NCBI GenBank assembly: GCA_963662945.1
Contig: OY759974.1
Location: 1,408,001-1,472,000 of the forward strand
Direction of reading: 5' to 3'
Length of the DNA: 64,000 nt
Origin: Arcobacteraceae bacterium
Lineage (GTDB): Bacteria; Campylobacterota; Campylobacteria; Campylobacterales; Arcobacteraceae
The notes under the pieces were generated by a model, which made no database searches, was not told where the DNA came from, and was given only the letters and a program-made list of their open reading frames with translations. The position numbers and the translations under genes were made by a program. This document shows, in pieces, positions 54,296-64,000 of this stretch (position 1 is its first letter; the number at the start of each line of letters is the position of its first letter).

Positions 54296-55339
54296 ATGAA
54301 AAAAATAGCATTGATAGGGGTCTCGTTAACAAGTTTATTACTGGCTACACCACAGCCATATGAAGTAAGTATAACTGCTGGAGGAACAAAAGCAGAAGGC
54401 GATATGAAACTAGATGATCATGCAAATTATGGTATACGATTTGGTATAGAAAATAATTTAATATTAGAGAAAATGTTTGATACAATTGAATTTGTTTATG
54501 AAAGAAGTGAAAATGTAGATTATGAAAATACAGTTTTAGAGACAGATATAAATAGATACTCTGTCAATTTTATACATAGTTACAAGAATTTTGAAAGTTT
54601 TGTTCCTTATGGATTAGTAGGTATTGGATATGAAGATTTTAGTAAAGAGTATTTAAAAGCAAATGATTCTATTGTTGCAAATATTGGGATTGGTGTAAAA
54701 TATTTTTTAAATGATATAGTTTCATTGCGGGCTGAAGTTCGAGATCAAATAAATTTAGAACATAGCGTGCAACATGAGATGATTTATACAGTTGGAGTGG
54801 GATATTCTTTTGGTGAGGGAGCAAAAAAAGAAGTAATAAAGCAAGAAAAAATAGTTGAAACTCCAACAAAAATGAAAGAAGAAACGAAAGAAGAGCAATC
54901 AGTTGTTGTTGCACTAGATAGAGATAATGATGGAGTTTTTGATACAAATGATAAATGTCCAAATACTCTAGAAGGTTGTAGTGTAGATGTTAATGGATGT
55001 GCGATTGATTATACATTTGACGTGAATTTTGATGTAGATAAATATGATATAAAAAAAGAAGACATAGCAAAACTTACAAAATTTGTTGATTTTATGAATA
55101 TGATGACAAAATATAAAGCAGTAATAAATGGACATACTGATGCAACTGCAAGTGAGTCATACAATATGAACCTTTCAATAAAAAGAGCAAAAGCAGTTAT
55201 GGATAAATTAATTGAACTTGGATTAAATAAAGAGAGAGTTTCATTTAAAGGATATGGTGAATCAAAACCAATTGCAACAAATGAAACAGTTAGTGGTAAA
55301 GCCAAAAATAGAAGAGTAGAAGCTCAAATAATTAAATAA
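54296..55339 (+). CDS. OmpA/OprF/CadF-family outer membrane protein
   Basis: Signal peptide, beta-barrel N domain, DRDNDGVFD..DKCP linker, OmpA-C motifs GHTD, NLSIKRA, GYGE, NRRVE. Confidence 0.93.
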   Translation: MKKIALIGVSLTSLLLATPQPYEVSITAGGTKAEGDMKLDDHANYGIRFGIENNLILEKMFDTIEFVYERSENVDYENTVLETDINRYSVNFIHSYKNFESFVPYGLVGIGYEDFSKEYLKANDSIVANIGIGVKYFLNDIVSLRAEVRDQINLEHSVQHEMIYTVGVGYSFGEGAKKEVIKQEKIVETPTKMKEETKEEQSVVVALDRDNDGVFDTNDKCPNTLEGCSVDVNGCAIDYTFDVNFDVDKYDIKKEDIAKLTKFVDFMNMMTKYKAVINGHTDATASESYNMNLSIKRAKAVMDKLIELGLNKERVSFKGYGESKPIATNETVSGKAKNRRVEAQIIK

Positions 55340-55350
55340 AAGGAGAACAA

Positions 55351-56145
55351 ATGATTACAGAATTTATGATGAAGGTTATTATTGCTTTAGCAATATTTTT
55401 TATTGGTAAAAAACTTGCAAGATGGATTACTGATATAAGTTTAAAAAGTTTAAATAAAACAGGTCAGATAGATGCTACATTAGAGAAGTTTTTATCAAGT
55501 GTACTTTATGGTATTCTATTAGTTCTTGTTACATTGTCTGCATTGGGACAATTAGGCGTTCAAACTACATCTTTTATAGCAATATTAGGAGCAGTAGGTT
55601 TAGCAGTAGGTTTGGCATTTCAAAGTACATTATCAAATATAAGTGCGGGTGTTATGATAATTATATTTAGACCAATAAAAGTTGGAGAATTTGTAGAAGC
55701 AGGTGGAACATCTGGTTTTGTAGAAGAGATTAATATATTTAATACAATATTAAAAACAGGAGATAATAAAATTATCATAGTGGCAAACTCCAAAGTAATA
55801 GGGGATAATATTACAAATTATTCAAGAAAAGAAACAAGAAGAGTAGATGCAATATTTGGTATTGGATATGATGCAGATTTGAAACTAGCAAAAGAAACAT
55901 TATTGGAAGTATTACATAGTGATGAGCGTATTTTAAAGGATCCAGAACCATTTGTTGCAGTATATGAATTAGCAGATAGCAGTGTGAACTTTGTAACGAG
56001 AGCTTGGGTAAAAAGTGATGATTACTGGGGAGTGAAATTTGATACTATGGAGAAAGTAAAATTAAGATTTGATGAAAAGAATATTTCTATCCCTTATCCA
56101 CAAATGGATATTCATATGAAACAAAGTAGTAATAATGGTGAATAA
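55351..56145 (+). CDS. mscS: Small-conductance mechanosensitive channel
   Basis: GAVGLAVGLAFQSTLSN, RPIKVGE, LADSSVNF, IPYPQMDIH. Confidence 0.93.
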   Translation: MITEFMMKVIIALAIFFIGKKLARWITDISLKSLNKTGQIDATLEKFLSSVLYGILLVLVTLSALGQLGVQTTSFIAILGAVGLAVGLAFQSTLSNISAGVMIIIFRPIKVGEFVEAGGTSGFVEEINIFNTILKTGDNKIIIVANSKVIGDNITNYSRKETRRVDAIFGIGYDADLKLAKETLLEVLHSDERILKDPEPFVAVYELADSSVNFVTRAWVKSDDYWGVKFDTMEKVKLRFDEKNISIPYPQMDIHMKQSSNNGE

Positions 56146-56812
56146 AATACCATTGAATTTTAAAAAAGGAATTTCAACTTTTCAAATTATAATCTTACTA
56201 ATAGTAGGATATTATGTATGGGGTTATGTGCAAGATAATTATATTTATAAAGATACTCCTAAATATTTAGTAGACTTTAAAAATGCAATTAAAGATTTCT
56301 CGACTCAAAAAGATACAGTAAAAAAGACATATCAAGAGGCAATAGAAGCTAAAGAAGAAGCAAAAAAAGTGAAATATGTTTTTAAAAATGAATCTACAAA
56401 AGAGTTTATAAAGAAATGGGGAAAAGCACAAAATGAAGTTATTGTCTTAAAAGAAAAGTTTGAAATTTATAAAGAAGAAACAGAAAACTTTGTTGAAAAA
56501 CTTGATGAAAATTTAGATCAAATTCAAAATGATGAAGTACTAAAAGAGAGAATGAAGGAATTTAGTAAAAATAAAGCTAAATTAATGGCAAAAAATATTA
56601 TAAATATTGAACGCAATATTGAAAAACTTGATAACTCTATTACAAAAGGGAATAATCTGATAGTGGCTTTAAAAACTGTAAGTTCATTCAATGTTTTATC
56701 AGAAGATGCTAGAGAGTTTGATTCAATATTAAATGATTCTAGTGATATATTTATTTCGATAGATTCTTTAGTAAATGAGGGGATAAAGGTTCTTGATGAT
56801 GAGCTTAAGTAA
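56135..56812 (+). CDS. Hypothetical membrane-anchored coiled-coil protein
   Basis: N-terminal hydrophobic segment after KKG, long helical K/E-rich ectodomain. Confidence 0.75.
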   Translation: MVNKIPLNFKKGISTFQIIILLIVGYYVWGYVQDNYIYKDTPKYLVDFKNAIKDFSTQKDTVKKTYQEAIEAKEEAKKVKYVFKNESTKEFIKKWGKAQNEVIVLKEKFEIYKEETENFVEKLDENLDQIQNDEVLKERMKEFSKNKAKLMAKNIINIERNIEKLDNSITKGNNLIVALKTVSSFNVLSEDAREFDSILNDSSDIFISIDSLVNEGIKVLDDELK

Positions 56813-56875
56813 ATTGTCTAAGGAGTATTTTATAAATATTTCATATAATTCCTCTTTTACAAAGGAAGTGTATTT

Positions 56876-57175
56876 ATGAATTTATTAATACCAGTAGATG
56901 ATAGTGATATTGAAGAAGCACAAATCGTTTCTTTAGATAATGTAAATTATTGGTTACTATTAGAACTTACAGAAGGAAAAATTGTAAAGTCAGAGTTTTA
57001 CCAATCTAGAGATGAAATTAGTGATTGGGTAGATGTACTTATTGTAAATAGTCAAAAAGAATATGTATGGCCTTTTATGGAAGAGGGTATTGCTATTTTA
57101 GTTGCTCCATTACAAAAATCAATAGAAGATATAGTAGAAGCTTATTTATTTAAAGAGCTTCATGAAATAAATTAA
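56876..57175 (+). CDS. Small protein with NifX/NifB-C (FeMo-cofactor-binding)-like fold
   Basis: MNLLIPVD start, VDVLIV, EEGIAI, SIEDIVEAY pattern; AAGGA RBS. Confidence 0.55.
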   Translation: MNLLIPVDDSDIEEAQIVSLDNVNYWLLLELTEGKIVKSEFYQSRDEISDWVDVLIVNSQKEYVWPFMEEGIAILVAPLQKSIEDIVEAYLFKELHEIN

Positions 57176-57187
57176 AAAGGAAAAAAT

Positions 57188-57700
57188 ATGTTTGGATTTG
57201 GTCGAAAAGAATTAAAAGAGTATGATTTATCAAAAGAGGAATTAGATAAATTACAATATGCGAAGTTTACAACTTCTAAAGGTGTAATATGGACTAAGTT
57301 AACACCTGAATTTACTCCTACAACTGTTGCAAATTTTGCGTATTTAGCAAATGATGGTTTTTATGATGGTTTAAATTTTCATAGAGTAATTGAAGGATTT
57401 ATGGCACAAGGTGGTTGTCCACTAGGAACTGGTACTGGTGGTCCAGAGTGGGCAATTGAGTGTGAAACAAAAGGGGAAGGTCAAGTACATAAAAAAGGAA
57501 GTTTATCTATGGCACATGCTGGTCCAAATACTGGTGGAAGTCAATTTTTTATTTGTTTTGTTCCTTGTCCACATCTTGATGGTGGGCATACTGTTTTTGG
57601 TGGAATTGAACCTAATGATAAAGAAAGTTTTGAAGTTCTTGATTCTATAAAACAGGGTGATATTATAGAAAAAATAGAAATCTTTGAATCTAAAGAATAG
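57188..57700 (+). CDS. ppi: Cyclophilin-type peptidyl-prolyl isomerase
   Basis: FYDGLNFHRVIEGFMAQGGCP, LSMAHAG, GSQFFI, HLDGGHTVFG. Confidence 0.95.
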   Translation: MFGFGRKELKEYDLSKEELDKLQYAKFTTSKGVIWTKLTPEFTPTTVANFAYLANDGFYDGLNFHRVIEGFMAQGGCPLGTGTGGPEWAIECETKGEGQVHKKGSLSMAHAGPNTGGSQFFICFVPCPHLDGGHTVFGGIEPNDKESFEVLDSIKQGDIIEKIEIFESKE

Positions 57701-57716
57701 TAAAAATTAATATTTT

Positions 57717-57756
57717 AAAGGGTAACAAACGATCAATTTATCGTTTGTTACCCTTT
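57717..57756. terminator. Bidirectional intrinsic terminator between convergent ppi and serS
   Basis: Perfect 17-bp stem AAAGGGTAACAAACGAT / ATCGTTTGTTACCCTTT, 6-nt loop, T-tract on + strand. Confidence 0.85.
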
Positions 57757-57758
57757 TT

Positions 57759-59003
57759 TTACATATATTTTTCTAAAACTTGAGGTATTTTAATACTTCC
57801 ATCTTCTTGTTGATAATTTTCCATTATTGCAACGAGTGTTCTCCCAACAGCTAAACTAGAACCATTTAATGTATGACACAATGTATTTTGTTTCCCATCT
57901 TTAAATCTTATTTTTGCTCTACGTGCTTGAAATTCTCTAGTATTTGAAATAGAGCTTATTTCTCTATATGTATTTTGTCCAGGTAACCATACTTCAAGGT
58001 CTATAGTTGTTGATGCACTAAATCCTAAGTCACCAGTACATAATTGAACTTTTTGGTGAGCTAATCCTAATGATGCAAGTAAATCACTAGCACACTGTAC
58101 CATTTTATCGAATACTTCCTCTGATTGTTCTGGCTTAGTAATAGCTACCATTTCTACTTTATCAAATTGATGTTGCCGTATCATCCCTCTTGTATCTCTT
58201 CCAGCACTTCCTGCTTCTTTTCTAAAACAAGGAGTATACGATGTAAGAAGTAAAGGCAACTCTTCTTCTGGAATAATTTCGTCATTGTAAAGATTTGTTA
58301 AACATACTTCAGCTGTTGGGATAAGGTATAAATCTTCCCCCTCAATTTTAAACAAATCATCTCCAAATTTTGGTAATTGACCAGTTCCTTCAAGAGTATT
58401 TGTATTTGCCATAAATGGAACATACCACTCTTCAAATCCTCGTTCTCGATTAAAATCAAGAAAATAGTTGATTAAAGCTCTTTCTAGTCTTGCCCCAATA
58501 CCTTTAAGTGCAGAGAATCTACTTTTTGCTAATTTTACACCTCTAGTGAAATCAATCATTCCATTGTTCTCACCAAGTTCCCAATGCTCTTTTGGTTCAA
58601 AAGTAAATGTTGGCTTTTTCCCAATTACTTCTAATACAATATTTTCATTTTCATCAGCTCCAATTGGCACTGAATCATCTGGCATATTTGGAATACCCAT
58701 AATGATGTTGTCAATTGCTAATTCATCAGCTCTCACTTCATCTTCTAATTTTTGTTTTTCATCTTTTAACTTATCAATTTGCTCTTTTAATGGAGCTATA
58801 TCTAAACCTTCTTTTTTATAAGCTCCAAATTGATTTGATAGTTGTTTTTGTTCAGCCTGTACAGCTTCCATATTTTGTCTTTTAGATTTTGTATTAATTG
58901 TTCTATTTTTTAAATCTTCTAATATCTCTTTTGAAACACCTTTTTTTTCTAAAGCAGTCGCAACTGTATCAAATTCTTTTTCTAAAAGTTTTTTATCTAT
59001 CAT
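57759..59003 (-). CDS. serS: Seryl-tRNA synthetase
   Basis: N-terminal coiled arm, [38 protein letters not shown]. Confidence 0.98.
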   Translation of the reverse strand: MIDKKLLEKEFDTVATALEKKGVSKEILEDLKNRTINTKSKRQNMEAVQAEQKQLSNQFGAYKKEGLDIAPLKEQIDKLKDEKQKLEDEVRADELAIDNIIMGIPNMPDDSVPIGADENENIVLEVIGKKPTFTFEPKEHWELGENNGMIDFTRGVKLAKSRFSALKGIGARLERALINYFLDFNRERGFEEWYVPFMANTNTLEGTGQLPKFGDDLFKIEGEDLYLIPTAEVCLTNLYNDEIIPEEELPLLLTSYTPCFRKEAGSAGRDTRGMIRQHQFDKVEMVAITKPEQSEEVFDKMVQCASDLLASLGLAHQKVQLCTGDLGFSASTTIDLEVWLPGQNTYREISSISNTREFQARRAKIRFKDGKQNTLCHTLNGSSLAVGRTLVAIMENYQQEDGSIKIPQVLEKYM

Positions 59004-59004
59004 T

Positions 59005-59613
59005 TTATAATTTTCCTTTGTTTTGTATATGTTCGTTAATAATTTCTGTAATTTCTTCTTTTTTTATAAAATCAGCACCCATACTTACTATAAATTGACT
59101 AGCTTGGGCCACTGTTAGCGTGGTGGCTTTGACTTTACTTTTATCTACAATAACTGTATATCCACTAGTAGGATTTGGACTAGTTGGAACAAATACTACA
59201 TAGATATTTTCATGTTTACTTAATACGTAAGATGGTACCCAAAGGTCATCTTTTGGATATTCAACGAGTACAACTTCTTTTTTTACATCTTTACTATTTG
59301 GTTTAAATAATTCTGTGATTTTTTTTAAGATAGAATAAATTGTACCAATTGCAGGGACTTTTTCTAGCAGTCTATCAATAGTTGAAATAAAAAAAGATTT
59401 ACCAGCTTTTTCTAGAGATGCACCTATAAATACTAATAAAGTTACAATAATGACAAGTATTGCAAATGTATAAAGTCCACTATTTGTATAAGATGAAACA
59501 AAATCAAACAATTGTAACATTAATGATTTTACCCAAAAGACTAATTGAATAACCACGAATAAAGGTATTAATGCTAAAGCACCTACAAAAAGGTACCTGA
59601 AAAATTGCTTCAT
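59005..59613 (-). CDS. DUF502 family membrane protein
   Basis: [23 protein letters not shown] 59613 has GGAG RBS (alternative start 59625). Confidence 0.9.
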   Translation of the reverse strand: MKQFFRYLFVGALALIPLFVVIQLVFWVKSLMLQLFDFVSSYTNSGLYTFAILVIIVTLLVFIGASLEKAGKSFFISTIDRLLEKVPAIGTIYSILKKITELFKPNSKDVKKEVVLVEYPKDDLWVPSYVLSKHENIYVVFVPTSPNPTSGYTVIVDKSKVKATTLTVAQASQFIVSMGADFIKKEEITEIINEHIQNKGKL

Positions 59614-59667
59614 CTTACTCTCCATAAATTTACGGTATTATATCGAAAATTTACTAAGGATTAATTT

Positions 59668-60633
59668 TTGCGAATATTAAGTGGAATACAACCAAGTGGT
59701 ACAATACATATAGGTAATTACTTTGGTATGATAAAAAAGATGGTAGAGTCTCAAAATGATGGAGAACTCTTTGCTTTTATTGCCTCATATCATGCATTGA
59801 CCTCAGTTGCTGATAAAGAAATATTACAAAAAAATATATTTGAGGCTGCTGTAAACTTTTTAAGTTTGGGAATGGACCCAGAGAAATCAACATTTTGGGT
59901 TCAAAGTGATGTTCCAGAGGTTTTAGAACTTTATTGGATATTGTCAAATCACACTCCAATGGGATTGCTAGAGCGAGCACATAGTTATAAAGATAAGACA
60001 GCACGAGGATTTGCAACAAATCATGGGTTATTGTCATATCCTGTATTGATGGCTGCAGATATTTTGTTATTTGATTCAAATATTGTTCCTGTAGGAAAAG
60101 ATCAGATTCAACATGTAGAAATTACACGAGATATTGCAAACACATTTAACAATGCATATGGAGATATTTTAGTGATGCCAGAAGCTAAAGTTGATGAAGT
60201 TGTTGCAACAGTTCCTGGAACAGATGGTGCAAAAATGTCAAAAAGTTATGGAAATACTATAGATATGTTTGGAAGTACAAAAACTATCAAAAAACAAGTT
60301 ATGAAAATAGTAACAGACTCTAAAGAACTTCACGAACCAAAAGAATATGCGACTTGCAATGTTTATAAATTATGTGAACTATTTATGAATGAAGCTGAGT
60401 TACAAGAAATGCAAAAAAGATATGCAACTCCTGGTGAAGGATATGGACATTTTAAATTAGCTTTACTAGATAAAATAAATGAACATTTTGCTCCATATAC
60501 AGATAAAAGAGAATATTATTTAAATAATCCAAATGAAGTAAAAGAAATATTACAGTATGGAGCCTCAAAAGCAAGAAAAGTAGCTCAAGAGAAATTAAGA
60601 GTTATAAGAGATGCTGTTGGATTAAATTATTAA
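59668..60633 (+). CDS. trpS: Tryptophanyl-tRNA synthetase
   Basis: SGIQPSG, HIGN, YPVLMAADIL, VPVGKDQ, KMSKS; TTG start with AAGGA RBS. Confidence 0.98.
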   Translation: MRILSGIQPSGTIHIGNYFGMIKKMVESQNDGELFAFIASYHALTSVADKEILQKNIFEAAVNFLSLGMDPEKSTFWVQSDVPEVLELYWILSNHTPMGLLERAHSYKDKTARGFATNHGLLSYPVLMAADILLFDSNIVPVGKDQIQHVEITRDIANTFNNAYGDILVMPEAKVDEVVATVPGTDGAKMSKSYGNTIDMFGSTKTIKKQVMKIVTDSKELHEPKEYATCNVYKLCELFMNEAELQEMQKRYATPGEGYGHFKLALLDKINEHFAPYTDKREYYLNNPNEVKEILQYGASKARKVAQEKLRVIRDAVGLNY

Positions 60634-60646
60634 TATTAGGATTTAA

Positions 60647-61957
60647 ATGGATAGTAGTTATAAAAATATTCTTATCTCAGTCGTTGTTGCTTTATTAGGA
60701 TATTTTACTGCTGGGTTCATTTTTGATGAGATACAAGCTAGGTTAGTAGCTATAGTAATATTTTTAGTAGCTATGTGGACAAATGAAGCTTTGCCTTTAG
60801 GTGTTGTATCTCTTTTACCTATTATTCTTTTTCCTGCTTTTGATATACTTAGCACAAATGTAACAACTGCTAATTATTCTAAATCTATAATATTTTTATT
60901 TTTAGGAGGATTTTTATTAGCAATTGCTGTTGAAAAAATAGGATTACATAAAGTAATTGCACATAAATTATTAAATATTTTTCCTGCAAATGTAAGAGGA
61001 ATAATATTTGCTTTAGCAATTACCTCTGCATTTTTAAGTTCTTTATTATCAAATACAACCACAGCATTACTACTTATGCCAATAGCACTCTTTTTAACAG
61101 ATACAATTAAATTAAAAATTAGATTTGTATTAGCTGTAGCATATGGTGCTAGTATAGGTGGAATTATAACACCTATAGGTACACCACCAAATTTGATTTT
61201 AATGGGATTTTTACAAGAGAATCAATTAGAAACTTTGACATTTATTACATGGATGTTTAAAACATTGCCTTTAGCTATTATTATGCTTACACTTGTTCCA
61301 TACGTTCTGTCTTTAGGTGCAACACATTTAAGTGTAGAAAATATCGTGACAATGAAAGAACTTAATAAAGAGCAAAAAAGATTATTAAAAATTTTAGCTT
61401 TATTAATTGTGATATTATTTATAAATTCATTTTTTAAATTTAGTGAAGCTGGAATACTGTTAAGCTTTGGACTTGCTATGATGTTACCAAAAATTGGTTT
61501 TTTAGATTGGGTTGATAGTAAAAAAATACCATTTGATATTATGTTTTTATTTGGTGCAGGATTTAGTATCGCTGCTGCATTTACTGGAACAGGTTTAGCT
61601 CAATCTATTTCAGAAATGCTTTTAAGTTTAACGCAGTTAAATCCTATTATATTAATATTAATTGTAGCAACTATGATAACATTTACAACGGAAGTTACGA
61701 GTAATACAGCACTTATTTCAATAGCACTTCCAATAATTTATTCATTAGGTTTAGCTTCGAATATTGATACAACTTTATTATTAATGGTTGCAACGATTTG
61801 TGCCAGTTATGCCTTTATGCTTCCTATTGCAACGCCACCAAATGCAATAGCCATGAGTAGTAAAGTTTTAAGTATTAAAGATATGGCAAGTTATGGAATA
61901 GCCTTCAATATTCTAGCAATTATATCAACAGTAATTATAGCAATAGTTTGGTGGTAA
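60647..61957 (+). CDS. SLC13/DASS sodium-coupled anion (dicarboxylate/sulfate) symporter
   Basis: LSNTTT, TPIGTPPN, TSNTA, FMLPIATPPNA repeats. Confidence 0.92.
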   Translation: MDSSYKNILISVVVALLGYFTAGFIFDEIQARLVAIVIFLVAMWTNEALPLGVVSLLPIILFPAFDILSTNVTTANYSKSIIFLFLGGFLLAIAVEKIGLHKVIAHKLLNIFPANVRGIIFALAITSAFLSSLLSNTTTALLLMPIALFLTDTIKLKIRFVLAVAYGASIGGIITPIGTPPNLILMGFLQENQLETLTFITWMFKTLPLAIIMLTLVPYVLSLGATHLSVENIVTMKELNKEQKRLLKILALLIVILFINSFFKFSEAGILLSFGLAMMLPKIGFLDWVDSKKIPFDIMFLFGAGFSIAAAFTGTGLAQSISEMLLSLTQLNPIILILIVATMITFTTEVTSNTALISIALPIIYSLGLASNIDTTLLLMVATICASYAFMLPIATPPNAIAMSSKVLSIKDMASYGIAFNILAIISTVIIAIVWW

Positions 61958-61980
61958 TATGAGAACTAGATAAGGAAAAT

Positions 61981-62247
61981 TTATACTAAAAATTCTCGTA
62001 TTTTTTTCTGTTCATCTATTTGAATTTTCATTTTTTCTCTATGATTCTTGAGAAAAGATATATTTTTATAGAACAGTTCAGATAGCGTTTCAAGATCATT
62101 TAATTCTAAATTGAAATCTTCTATCTGATTATTCACAAGGTAGGTTTCTACCCATTTTTGTAAAGCAATGGCTCTTTCATCACTTTCTAGTGAGTCAAGA
62201 TATCGTAGACTTTTTAGAGCCTTTAGAGACCAGTTTCTTCTTTCCAC
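61981..62247 (-). CDS. Hypothetical helical protein after fliS (possible FliT-like chaperone)
   Basis: 88 aa, overlaps fliS end, all-helical; occupies the fliT position. Confidence 0.6.
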   Translation of the reverse strand: MERRNWSLKALKSLRYLDSLESDERAIALQKWVETYLVNNQIEDFNLELNDLETLSELFYKNISFLKNHREKMKIQIDEQKKIREFLV

Positions 62248-62579
62248 GCTTCAATTAGTCCTTTAACAACTTTTTTTACTTGAGCAATAGCAGTTAAATT
62301 ATTATCAACTCCAGCACTAAATAAAGTCTCTATTTGATAAAGATATAAACCATCAAGATAATATGCAACATCTCCACCATCAAAATCAAGGATATTTCTT
62401 AATTCATCAAAGATAGCAATTGAACGATTAATATAGTCAAATTTTTCTTCTACGTTATTCTCTTCAATTGCTTTTTCAACGAACGCAAGATATTTTAATA
62501 AGCCTTCATAAAGCTTTAGTATCAACATATACGGATCTTCAGTTGTCGCCGCTTGTTGGTTATATACATCTAGTCCCAT
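62223..62579 (-). CDS. fliS: Flagellin export chaperone FliS
   Basis: LILKLYEG, ELRNILDF..G.VAYYLDGLY, LIEAWKE; ATG 62579 with GGAG RBS. Confidence 0.93.
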   Translation of the reverse strand: MGLDVYNQQAATTEDPYMLILKLYEGLLKYLAFVEKAIEENNVEEKFDYINRSIAIFDELRNILDFDGGDVAYYLDGLYLYQIETLFSAGVDNNLTAIAQVKKVVKGLIEAWKEETGL

Positions 62580-62650
62580 CAAAATCTCCAAATAATTATA
62601 TTTGAAGATTATATTACATTAATACTTAAACTATATTAAGTATGTAACAA

Positions 62651-64000
62651 TTAGTTAGAAGATGTTGATTGTTCAATCATCATTTGTAATCCACTAAATG
62701 AAGACTCCATTTGAGATATAATTGAAGCATAAGCTGTAAATTGTGCAACCATAGTTGCATACTTTGTATCAAGTTTTTCTACAGTTTGTTCTCTTTCTTC
62801 ATCTAGTGTTGTTTTTCGACTTGTCATATCATCTGTATATGTTGAGAAAAATCCAGTATATGAATTTAAATCATCAATATATTCCTTTAATGTTGTTCCA
62901 AACCCTTTATCTTCAGCAACACCTAGAAAGAAATCTTTTACAGCATCAAAGTCATTTGTTAAAGCTTCTCCCAATACATCCGTATCTACACTTAGTTGAC
63001 CATCTAAATCAAATGTAAATCCTAAGTTTACAGCATTACCATCATTGACTCCATATGAATCCATAAAGAGGGATTTTAAATTACTTAATAAATCTCTTAA
63101 GGATGATGTATCATTAAGAGGTGTTTCTGTATCATAAATTTCATCTGTAATTAAAGTACTCAATTCATTATATGCGTCAACCATCTCTTGAATTGCAGGA
63201 ATAACATAACTATCATCTCTAGTAATACTTAGTGTCGATGTACCAATCTCAGCTGCTGTAATTTTTAGATTACCATCAACTTGGATACTATTTGAGGAAA
63301 CATCATATGCTATTCCATCTACAGTTGCTTTTAAATTTTGAGCAGTTAATGTATGATTATCAGGTGTTCCATCTCCATCTGTATCTGTAGGATCATTAAA
63401 TCCTAAAGTTGTAGCTGCAGTTCCAGAGATTGTAAGTGCATTAGCTATTCCTGGATTAGCACTTTTTAATACAAGTCTATAACTGTCATCACCTATTTGT
63501 TCTACAGATGCTGTAGCCGCACTTCCCAAATTAATTTTTTCCACTAATTGTTCTAAAGTTAAGCCAGTTGTATCATACACCTCACCATTAATATTTAGTG
63601 TTTCAGCACCAAGAATAGCTTCAGTTTCAGCTAATGTCATTACATTTGATTGCCAAACATCTTTTTGGGCAATTTGTGTTACGTTTACCTGATACGTTCC
63701 CTCTTTTAATGAACCTACATCTGTTGCATCAAATACAGCAGATGAACCAGTTGTCGTAGCTGATATTTGTTCAAATGCATTATTTGTCGAACTATATAAG
63801 TCAAAAGGTTTAACAGTATTTAAAAACTCTGTCATTTTTGCTTCAATTTCAGCAATTTTTTCTACTTCAAGATCTAAATTTTCCAATTTTGTATCAATCG
63901 GATCAAGAACAGCTTTTTCTTCAGCAGCTCTTAGTTTAGTAATTACATCCCCGTTTAATGATGAAGCATTACCTGTATTAAATGCTCCAACTGTACTATA
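62651..64000 (-). CDS. fliD: Flagellar filament cap protein (5' end beyond the window)
   Basis: Frame stays open to 64000 (..SSLNGDVITKLRAAEEKA..); VTQIAQKDVWQS, YRLVLKS, C-terminal KYATMVAQF..MESSFSGLQMMI; upstream of fliS. Confidence 0.93.
   Translation of the reverse strand, partial: YSTVGAFNTGNASSLNGDVITKLRAAEEKAVLDPIDTKLENLDLEVEKIAEIEAKMTEFLNTVKPFDLYSSTNNAFEQISATTTGSSAVFDATDVGSLKEGTYQVNVTQIAQKDVWQSNVMTLAETEAILGAETLNINGEVYDTTGLTLEQLVEKINLGSAATASVEQIGDDSYRLVLKSANPGIANALTISGTAATTLGFNDPTDTDGDGTPDNHTLTAQNLKATVDGIAYDVSSNSIQVDGNLKITAAEIGTSTLSITRDDSYVIPAIQEMVDAYNELSTLITDEIYDTETPLNDTSSLRDLLSNLKSLFMDSYGVNDGNAVNLGFTFDLDGQLSVDTDVLGEALTNDFDAVKDFFLGVAEDKGFGTTLKEYIDDLNSYTGFFSTYTDDMTSRKTTLDEEREQTVEKLDTKYATMVAQFTAYASIISQMESSFSGLQMMIEQSTSSN

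Overview
AT-rich chromosomal window from a Campylobacterota bacterium, most likely Arcobacteraceae (inferred from the 16S-tRNA-Ile-tRNA-Ala-23S-5S layout, futalosine-pathway mqnP, gap-pgk-tpi-fabI synteny and Campylobacterota-type nuo genes). It opens with the 3' part of an rRNA operon. Most of the rest is housekeeping: trpB, nrdAB, gap/pgk/tpiA/fabI, lysA-pheA-hisC, purine salvage, dxs, mqnP/miaA, a 15-gene complex I operon, SRP RNA, ompA-like, mscS, a cyclophilin, serS, trpS and fliD-fliS. The most unusual elements are: (1) a complex I operon with no nuoF or Campylobacter nuoY, carrying instead a GltD/SfrB-like NADPH flavoprotein plus two tandem NuoG paralogs that differ in Fe-S cluster N7 ligands; (2) an apparently leaderless operon of a degenerate IscU-like scaffold, a tandem ferritin-like protein, a spore-photoproduct-lyase-like radical SAM enzyme and a LysE exporter; (3) a ~170-bp TA-flanked palindromic MITE-like element that supplies the fabI stop codon; (4) a solitary lipoprotein gene with integron-cassette-like and dif-like flanks; (5) a divergent second GAPDH next to a probably NADP-type gap; and (6) a heme-c (CxxCH) PAS sensor kinase paired with a receiver-PilZ-like regulator. 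All calls come from reading motifs by eye; no database searches were run.
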